Shown in pieces: positions 58,057 through 64,000 of a DNA stretch of 64,000 nt (position 1 is the stretch's first letter; each line of letters starts with the position of its first letter). A program made the translations under genes and the position numbers. This DNA is from a candidate division FCPU426 bacterium (GTDB taxonomy: Bacteria; Oederibacteriota; JAAXVQ01; JAUVAV01), in contig JBFLYH010000003.1 of the NCBI GenBank assembly GCA_040756875.1, positions 295,073 to 359,072 of the forward strand. The letters are read 5' to 3'. The notes beneath the pieces were generated by a model that saw only the letters and a program-made list of their open reading frames with translations, searched no databases and was not told the origin of the DNA.

Positions 58057-59457
58057 CTACCGCATGATGGCCAGTTTGCCCCGGCGGGAACGGCCTTCAG
58101 GATCGGTAATAATATATAGATAGACTCCGGAAGCCACGGAACGGCCCTGTTCATTGGTCAACGCCCATTGCGCGCGGCCGTTGTCACCAGGGTTCCGGGT
58201 TTGTCCGCCGTCGGCTACCAGGCCGGGCGCCAGCGTGGTGACGCGGCGGCCATCGAGCGAATAAATGCGGATGGTGGCGTTGAGGCTCAGGTTGAGGAAG
58301 ATGATCCTGGGCCTCACCCAGGGCAGTTCGCCGTTCCAGGGATTGGGATAGACAACCACATTCTCCAAATCCGGCGCATTGCGCAGCGGTGTGGGCGATA
58401 TCGTCATGGTCGGCGTGATCGTGGACGTGGGGCTGATGGTGCTGGTGGGAGAAATCGTAAAGGTCGGCGTAATGGTCGGCGTGGGCGTTATGGTCGGCGT
58501 GGCCGAAGCCGTAGGCGAGGCCGTGCGGGTCGGCGTAATAGTGGACGTGGGCGTGATCGTCGAAGTGGGGGTGATGGTGGGCGTCGGCGTCGGCGTATAG
58601 ACCGGCGAATTCGTGCAAGTCGGCGAGATGGTGGAAGTCAGGGTAATGGTGGGCGTGGCCGTAAACGTGGGCGAATGGGTGAAGGTTTCGGTCTGAGTGG
58701 CCGTGGGCGTGTGCGTGGCGCTCGCGGTCAGGGTCGGCGTGGGCGTGAAAGTTGGACTGGCTGTCGCAGTCGGCGTAATGGAAGGCGTCGCGGTTGCGGT
58801 GGCGGAATGGGTAGCCGTGGGTGTGCCCGTGAAGGTCGGGCTCTGCGTGGGCGAGGCGGTGATGGTCGGCGTGCCGGTGGTGGTGCGGGTGGCCGTGGGC
58901 GAGGCGGTCACGGTAAAAGTCGGCGTGGGCGGTATTTCCGTGGCGTAAATGCAAACCCGCCAATTGTCCGTGTAATCAGGCGAACCGAACGGATCTGGAA
59001 ACGCGCCCCACGTGAAGGGCTGACGCCCGCGCAGTTTGGTGGACGACCCGTCATTGTTATACATGGCGATATACGTTCCCGAGGAGGTGACCTGGAAGCA
59101 AAACCAATAAATCACTCCGGAACTCACCGATACCGTCGAGAGGGGATAAGCATTCCAACCCTCGGCCAGGCTTTGGACGCCGCTTTCCGCGAGCAGATTG
59201 CCCGGCACGCCAAAATTATTGTCATAAATCGCCACCCGGCCTTGGGCGCCGTTGGGAGTGGTGATGTAGATGTTGATCTGGTTGACCGAACCATCGGACG
59301 GGCATTGAAAATAGGACCCAAAGACGCCGTTGTTGGCATTGATGATATTGCTGTTGCCGGTTCCGGTTTCACCGAAAGTCACGGCGCCGGCCGGCGAAGC
59401 CGCCAGCAGCCAGACCATGGCCGCTGCCCCGAGTCCGCGTTTCATTCCAATCGTCAT
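58057..59457 (-). CDS. secreted protein: signal peptide + ~150-aa beta-rich N-domain (DUF4082-like?) + ~185-aa Thr/Pro linker + T9SS-type C-terminal sorting domain, 466 aa
   Basis: 'MKRGLGAAAMVWLLAASPAGA' signal peptide. The N-domain is shared with 59548..60720. CTD motifs: 'VVYPNP...IRIYSLDGRRV...GVYLYII...GKLAIMR'. Confidence 0.75.
   Translation of the reverse strand: MTIGMKRGLGAAAMVWLLAASPAGAVTFGETGTGNSNIINANNGVFGSYFQCPSDGSVNQINIYITTPNGAQGRVAIYDNNFGVPGNLLAESGVQSLAEGWNAYPLSTVSVSSGVIYWFCFQVTSSGTYIAMYNNDGSSTKLRGRQPFTWGAFPDPFGSPDYTDNWRVCIYATEIPPTPTFTVTASPTATRTTTGTPTITASPTQSPTFTGTPTATHSATATATPSITPTATASPTFTPTPTLTASATHTPTATQTETFTHSPTFTATPTITLTSTISPTCTNSPVYTPTPTPTITPTSTITPTSTITPTRTASPTASATPTITPTPTITPTFTISPTSTISPTSTITPTMTISPTPLRNAPDLENVVVYPNPWNGELPWVRPRIIFLNLSLNATIRIYSLDGRRVTTLAPGLVADGGQTRNPGDNGRAQWALTNEQGRSVASGVYLYIITDPEGRSRRGKLAIMR
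58381..58935. repeat. low-complexity (T-P-T-x) linker-coding repeats
   Basis: Iterated 'TPTITPTST'-type peptides. The opposite strand reads GVGV/VMVGV. Confidence 0.8.
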
Positions 59458-59547
59458 AAGACCTTTCCTGCCTTTTCATGCCCTTTCGTTTGTTAAACGA
59501 AAGCCAGGGTATGATAATGGCTTCCCCGCGATCAACCACGGGGAAGT

Positions 59548-60720
59548 TCATTTAAGCGTGATGGCCATTTTCCCCTTTACTAGGCGCCGGCCCTGCTGAT
59601 CCTCGATCTGCAGGCGGACATAATAAATGCCCGGAGCCAAATCCCGGGTTTGCAACTCCAGCACCGCTTCGCCTACCTGGCTGGCAAACGCGTTCCGCAG
59701 ACCCAGCACCCGTTCTCCGGCCGCATTGTATACTTCCAAAAGAATAACACCCGGACCGGTAAAACCGCAAGCCAGATGCACGCGATCCCGGCCCGGCTGC
59801 GGATAAATCCGCAATCCGCCGGGGTTTTCGAACCCCGCCCTGGTCGAGGTCATTGAGGGGCTGGGCGAGGCCGCCGGGATGGGCGTTCCGGTCGGACTGA
59901 CAGCAGGCAGCGGCGTTCCGGTCGGGGAAATCGAAACCGTCGGCGTGATGGTCGGCGTCGAAGTCGGCGTGTAGACCGGAGAAATCGTGCCGGTCACTGT
60001 GATCGTCCTGGTCGGGCTAAAGGTCGCGGTGCGGGTGCTCGTGGGAGTGGAGGTCGCGGTGGGAGTGCCGGAAGGCGTTGCGGTCCGGCTGACGGTTAGT
60101 GTAGGGGTAAATGTAGCGGTGGCGCTGGCGGTGACGCTGGGCGTGGGCGTGAACGTAGCCGTCCCTACCGCAGGCGTGGGCGTAAAGGTGGCCGTCACCT
60201 CGTCGGCATAAATGCAAAAACGCCACGCTTGGGCTCCGGTGGGGGAGCCGAAAGGATCCGGAAAACCAGCGTAAGTATACGGCCACCGTTCCCGGCTTTT
60301 CCAGATGCTGGGGTCATTGTTGTAGATGCCGACCGTGGCGGCGGCATTGGAAAGCTGGTTGGCCAGCCAGTAGGTTTCCCCCAAAGTCACCGCTGTATCG
60401 GGGATCACGAAAGTGTTCCAGCCCGTAACCAGGGCTTGTGACCCGCTTTCAGCCAGCAGCGCGCCGGGGAGATTGGTTCCGCCGTTGCCGTACAGAGCCA
60501 CGCGGCCGCTGGCGCCGGCGGTGATGGGAACATAAAAGACGATGCGGTTGACCGCACCCGAGGCCGGGCAGGTGAATTGAGTGGCGGTCAGGAAATTCAG
60601 GTTGTCGTAGATGGCGTCATTGCCCGTCCCCTGCTCGCCAAAGGTCACGGCCTCCGCGGCCAGGGCCAGCGGCCAAGAGAGCATGATCAATCCCGCGCCC
60701 AACCACCCTCGCAACGGCAT
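59548..60720 (-). CDS. paralogous secreted protein (same N-domain, ~118-aa Thr/Pro linker, T9SS-type CTD), 390 aa
   Basis: ORF trimmed to ATG 60720 (MPLRGWLGAGLIMLSWPLALAAEA). Motifs shared with the paralog (first variant from 58057..59457, second from this gene): 'AVTFGE.GTGN', 'GRVAIY'/'GRVALY', 'LLAESG', 'GWN', 'FPDPFGSP', 'CIYATE'/'CIYADE'. CTD: 'LRIYPQP...LLEVYNAAGERV...GIYYVRL'. Confidence 0.75.
   Translation of the reverse strand: MPLRGWLGAGLIMLSWPLALAAEAVTFGEQGTGNDAIYDNLNFLTATQFTCPASGAVNRIVFYVPITAGASGRVALYGNGGTNLPGALLAESGSQALVTGWNTFVIPDTAVTLGETYWLANQLSNAAATVGIYNNDPSIWKSRERWPYTYAGFPDPFGSPTGAQAWRFCIYADEVTATFTPTPAVGTATFTPTPSVTASATATFTPTLTVSRTATPSGTPTATSTPTSTRTATFSPTRTITVTGTISPVYTPTSTPTITPTVSISPTGTPLPAVSPTGTPIPAASPSPSMTSTRAGFENPGGLRIYPQPGRDRVHLACGFTGPGVILLEVYNAAGERVLGLRNAFASQVGEAVLELQTRDLAPGIYYVRLQIEDQQGRRLVKGKMAITLK
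59842..60195. repeat. Thr/Pro linker-coding low-complexity repeats
   Basis: 'TATFTPTP...TPTSTPTITPT...' region. Confidence 0.75.
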
Positions 60721-60733
60721 GCTTCCCCCGTAA

Positions 60734-62614
60734 TTAACGCACCACCACGAATTTGTTCTTGAGCAGCCGCTTCCCGGCCGCATCCTCCACCTTCAACATC
60801 ACGTAATACACGCCGGGTGCAAGCGAGCGGATGTCCAGGTCTGTCACCGCGTTGCCTCGCTGGGCTTGGGGTTGCGCTTCCACGCTGGCCACGGTCTCTC
60901 CCACCGCATTAAAAACCACGATCCGGACGCTGCCCGGCCCGCTGAACCTGTACATGAAGCGCGCCACTTCCCTGGCCGGCTGGGGATAGACCACGCTTTC
61001 TTCCGCCTGCAAAACGATCGGGGTGGTCGTGGAAGTCGGCGTGATGGTGAAGGTCAAGGTCCGCGTGGGCGTCACCGTGGAGGTGGGCGTGATCGTGAGC
61101 GTGGGGGTAATCGTGGGCGTGCGGGTGCGGGTCGGCGTGCGGGTGCGCGTGGGCGTGATCGTCGGGGTGGGCGTGATCGTGGGCGTGGCGGTGCGCGTGG
61201 GCGTGATCGTCGGCGTCGGGAAAATGCTCAGGGCCCGCAACAGGTTGATCCGGCCGCTGCCGATGGCCGTGGGATTGCCCGAATCCACGCTGTCGCAATT
61301 GGTCAGAATGCGGGTCCTGATCTGGGCGGCGGTCATGGAAGGCCAGGCCAGTTTGATCATGGCCGCCAGCGCCGACACCTGCGGGCATGAGAAGGAAGTG
61401 CCGTCCACGGCGGACCAGAACCCGGTGTTGGCGGTGGAAGTAACGCCGTTATCTTCGTACCACCCGGGGGAATATTCCTCCAAAGCTCCGCCCGGCGCCA
61501 CGCAATCAAGCCGGTCGGCGTTGTACGGGTTGCAGTAGTTCGAATAATACGTCACGTAATCCTCGGCGTCCGTGGCGCCCACGCTCATGACGCTGGCGTA
61601 GCAGGCCGGATACCGCGGAGCGGAGGCGAGGTTGACGTTCTCGTTTCCGGCCGCCGCCACCATGACCTTGCCCAGCCCGTTCGCGTAATTGACCGCGGTC
61701 TGGATGAACGCCGAGTCCGTGCTGGTGGTAAAGCTCATGCTGATGACGTCGGCGCCGTTGTCCGCGGCCCAGGTGATGCCGTCGCCGATGTCGACGAACG
61801 TGCCGCTGGCGTTCAGGTCTAGCACTTTCACGGGCAGGATCTTGACCCGGTCGTCGTAGGCCGTGCCCGCCACGCCGCTGCTGTTGTTCGCTATGGCCGC
61901 GATGGTGCCGGCCGCGTGCGTGCCGTGGCCGAAAATCTGGCGGGTGCCGAACCAAATGTTGTCGTCATCCGTATTGGTGTTGTTGGCGACGAAGTTGTAT
62001 CCGGTCAGCAGACGGCCGTTGAACTCCGCGTGATTCGCGTCCACGCCCGTGTCCAGCAAGGCCACGACCACCTGCTGGACGTTGAAGTAGTAATTCGCCG
62101 CCTTAGCCGCGTCCCCGCGCGTGCGGTTGATCCACCACTGCGCGAAACCGGTCTGGTAGTACGTATCGTTAAAGGAGCTGCCCAAGGGGGTGTAGGTGGT
62201 CGACAGGGCCGCGGCATAGACCCGGCCGTTCGGCTCCGCGACCTCGATCAGCGCATTGTCGCTCATGGCCGCCACGGCCTCGGCCACGGGCTGGCCCGCC
62301 GGAAGCTCCAGCAGCTCCCAATCCTTCAGCCGGGTCCGCTTCTTCACCTGAGTGCGGAAATGGCGGTGAAAGGCGGCTTGGGCCGAGGCCTTGTCCACGG
62401 CGCTGGCTTGGACCTGGGCGTTAAAACGCGCCTTGTCCGAGGCCGAAAATTCGCTCCGGTACTTGACCACCACCTCGCCGGCTACGTAATCCTGCGTTTG
62501 CTGACAGGGGTGGGGCAGGCTGGGAAGCTTGGTTTTGTCCGGCCGGCCGGCGGCCAAGGCCACAGCCGGAAGCAGGGAAACTGCCAGGATCCAAAAGGGC
62601 TTTGCAGGGCGCAT
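60734..62614 (-). CDS. secreted subtilisin-like (S8) serine protease with Thr/Pro linker and T9SS-type CTD, 626 aa
   Basis: Signal peptide (MRPAKPFWILAVSLLPAVALAAG). Propeptide-like 'VVKYRSEF'. Triad: 'ALLDTGVD', 'GHGTHAAGTIAA', 'GTSFSCPQVSALAAM'. CTD: 'VVYPQP...VRIVVFNAVGETV...GVYYVML'. ATG 62614 has AAGAGG upstream. Confidence 0.9.
   Translation of the reverse strand: MRPAKPFWILAVSLLPAVALAAGRPDKTKLPSLPHPCQQTQDYVAGEVVVKYRSEFSASDKARFNAQVQASAVDKASAQAAFHRHFRTQVKKRTRLKDWELLELPAGQPVAEAVAAMSDNALIEVAEPNGRVYAAALSTTYTPLGSSFNDTYYQTGFAQWWINRTRGDAAKAANYYFNVQQVVVALLDTGVDANHAEFNGRLLTGYNFVANNTNTDDDNIWFGTRQIFGHGTHAAGTIAAIANNSSGVAGTAYDDRVKILPVKVLDLNASGTFVDIGDGITWAADNGADVISMSFTTSTDSAFIQTAVNYANGLGKVMVAAAGNENVNLASAPRYPACYASVMSVGATDAEDYVTYYSNYCNPYNADRLDCVAPGGALEEYSPGWYEDNGVTSTANTGFWSAVDGTSFSCPQVSALAAMIKLAWPSMTAAQIRTRILTNCDSVDSGNPTAIGSGRINLLRALSIFPTPTITPTRTATPTITPTPTITPTRTRTPTRTRTPTITPTLTITPTSTVTPTRTLTFTITPTSTTTPIVLQAEESVVYPQPAREVARFMYRFSGPGSVRIVVFNAVGETVASVEAQPQAQRGNAVTDLDIRSLAPGVYYVMLKVEDAAGKRLLKNKFVVVR
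61013..61222. repeat. Thr/Pro linker-coding low-complexity repeats
   Basis: 'PTPTITPTRTATPTITPTPTITPTRTRTPTRTRTPTITPT...'. Confidence 0.75.
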
Positions 62615-62687
62615 GGGCGGACCTCTTTCCAATGCAGATTGGTTCAAGTATAGCAAGCCTTGTTGGCCTGCCGCAACCGCTTTCCTG

Positions 62688-62717
62688 TTTACAAACCCGC
62701 GCCGCCAAGCCTATAAT
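62688..62717 (+). promoter_or_regulatory. sigma70-like promoter TTTACA-18 nt-TATAAT
   Basis: TTTACA at 62688-62693 and TATAAT at 62712-62717, followed by CAGGAGGAA and ATG 62759. Confidence 0.5.
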
Positions 62718-62758
62718 GGGCCAATTTCAGCCGTTCGACTCTCAGGAGGAACGCCCCA

Positions 62759-63118
62759 ATGTCCATGCACGCCCATCATGGAGGTCCCAGCGATCTCGGC
62801 ACGACCAAATCAGGATTAGACCCCACGGTCGCGGCCGCCTTGGCCTATCTGCTGGGATTTGTCAGCGGCATCCTCTTCTATATCGTGGAAAAAGACAACC
62901 CCTTCGTGCGCTTTCACGGGCTGCAATCCACCATCTTTTTCGGCGGATTGTTCCTGATCGTGGCCGTGTTGCACCAAATTCCCATCCTGGGCTTTATCCT
63001 GAACTTCATCCTGCTCATGGCCGCCTTTGCTGTCTGGCTGTTTCTGATGATCAAGGCCTCGCAGGGCATTGCGTTCAAGCTGCCCTTTATCGGCGACCTC
63101 GCGGAACGCAACCTCTAG
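62759..63118 (+). CDS. small DUF4870/Tic20-like membrane protein, 119 aa
   Basis: 'AAALAYLLGFVSGILFYIVEKDNPFVRFHGLQS' followed by two more TM segments. This is the typical pattern of that family. Confidence 0.7.
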   Translation: MSMHAHHGGPSDLGTTKSGLDPTVAAALAYLLGFVSGILFYIVEKDNPFVRFHGLQSTIFFGGLFLIVAVLHQIPILGFILNFILLMAAFAVWLFLMIKASQGIAFKLPFIGDLAERNL

Positions 63119-63146
63119 GCCGCCCTCGTTTCAGGAGCCTGTCTGC

Positions 63147-63896
63147 ATGCTGAACGGCCTGCGCATCACAGTGGTGTTGCCCGCCTACAACGCCGCGAAA
63201 ACCCTGGACCAAACCTACGCGGAAATCCCGCGCGAGATCGTGGACGACATTCTGCTGGTCGACGACCACAGCCGGGACGAAACCACGTCTAAAGCCCGCC
63301 AGTTGGGCATCGAAACCCACGAGCACGCTTCCAACCTGGGCTACGGCGGCAACCAAAAAACCTGCTACCGCCTGGCCTTGGACAAGCGGGCCGACATCAT
63401 CGTCATGCTCCATCCTGATTATCAATACACGCCCAAGCTGCTGCGGGCCATGTGCGCCATGATCGCGGATGGCGTCTACGACGTGGTCCTGGGCTCGCGC
63501 ATTCTCACCGGCGGCGCGCTGCAGGGCGGCATGCCTTTTTATAAATACCTGAGTAACCGCCTGCTCACGCTCCTGGAAAACTGGCTGCTGGGCGCCAAAC
63601 TTTCCGAATACCACACCGGTTACCGGGCTTACCGGCGCGAGGTGCTGGAGAAAATCCCCTTTGACCGTTTCTCCAACGACTTCATCTTCGACAACCAGTT
63701 CCTGATCGCGGTGATCCAACAAGGCTGGCGCCTGGGTGAACTTTCCTGCCCCACCCGTTATTTCCCCGACGCCTCCTCCATCAATTTCAGCCGCAGCCTG
63801 CGCTACGGCCTCCTGTGCCTGTGGTACGCCTGGCTGGCCAGCTGGTCCCTGTTTCCCCGTCGATTCCGCCGGTTTTTCGGCTCGGATTCCCCTTAA
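63147..63896 (+). CDS. GT2 polyprenyl-phosphate glycosyltransferase (Dpm1/GtrB/ArnC-like), 249 aa
   Basis: ORF trimmed to ATG 63147 (AGGAG 9 nt upstream). 'ITVVLPAYNAAKTL', 'LLVDDHSRDET', 'MLHPDYQY', 'GSRI'. Confidence 0.85.
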   Translation: MLNGLRITVVLPAYNAAKTLDQTYAEIPREIVDDILLVDDHSRDETTSKARQLGIETHEHASNLGYGGNQKTCYRLALDKRADIIVMLHPDYQYTPKLLRAMCAMIADGVYDVVLGSRILTGGALQGGMPFYKYLSNRLLTLLENWLLGAKLSEYHTGYRAYRREVLEKIPFDRFSNDFIFDNQFLIAVIQQGWRLGELSCPTRYFPDASSINFSRSLRYGLLCLWYAWLASWSLFPRRFRRFFGSDSP

Positions 63897-64000
63897 ATAA
63901 CCGTTGTTTTATAGTTTTCAGGGTTTCCGCACACTTGACGTTAATAACTATGATATAATCCTTAGTAGGAATTCTACCTAACGTGAAGGGAGTGGCTCTT

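Noticed and set aside
58168-59496. 442-aa plus-strand ORF and the smaller Val/Gly-rich ORFs (58379..58600, 58697..58948, 59987..60211, 61023..61538)
   Set aside because: They are reverse-complement readings of the Thr/Pro linker regions, hence the Gly/Val/Arg low complexity. They are antisense to genes with a signal peptide, catalytic motifs and a CTD.
58381-61222. Periodic DNA repeats that might be a CRISPR array or satellite
   Set aside because: They lie inside long ORFs and translate into continuous Thr/Pro linkers. The units are short and imperfect, with no unique spacers. No cas genes are present.
63935-63959. TTGACG ... TATAAT promoter-like pair at the right edge
   Set aside because: The spacer is only 13 nt, too short for a sigma70-type promoter, and no downstream gene is visible in the window.

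Overview
High-GC, almost fully coding bacterial chromosomal window with strong strand bias: only about 6 genes lie on the plus strand. No transposase, integrase, CRISPR array or rRNA was found. All family calls come from motifs read in the supplied translations; no database search was run.

- **Left ~20 kb: glycan synthesis and export locus, one minus-strand array (17694 down to 1).** It holds a 1708-aa fusion protein (two SAM-methyltransferase domains, a long coiled coil, a WbsX-like domain and a GT4 domain). Next come two tandem pairs of an MBOAT acyltransferase and a ~970-aa AlgJ/AlgX-like partner. Each partner ends in four repeat modules. Then follow Wzm/Wzt ABC exporter genes, two glycosyltransferases and the start of a radical-SAM-like gene. 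The two MBOAT paralogs share an 844-bp tract that appears 100% identical, inside otherwise diverged genes. This locus is my best candidate for an undescribed system.
- **Middle: housekeeping genes.** GT-C and GT2 enzymes, a promoter-M23-bactofilin-gltX-tRNA-Gln(CUG)-terminator unit, parAB, a CheY-like regulator, comM, an O-antigen-ligase-like/TPR protein, dnaE, yjbQ, guaA, guaB, CIRCE-controlled groES-groEL, an FtsH-like/lipoprotein/hydrolase unit, spoVS, rsmI, nadE with an unusual N-terminal extension, dus and tsaD.
- **Right: cell-envelope array.** mltG, a large membrane protein, csaB, ftsE, ftsX, an EnvC-like M23 protein and ctpA. These are followed by three secreted proteins (an S8 protease and two paralogs), each with a Thr/Pro linker and a T9SS-type C-terminal domain.
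- **Intergenic regions.** GC-rich REP/MITE-like palindromic elements and an exact 20-mer shared between two distant intergenic regions.
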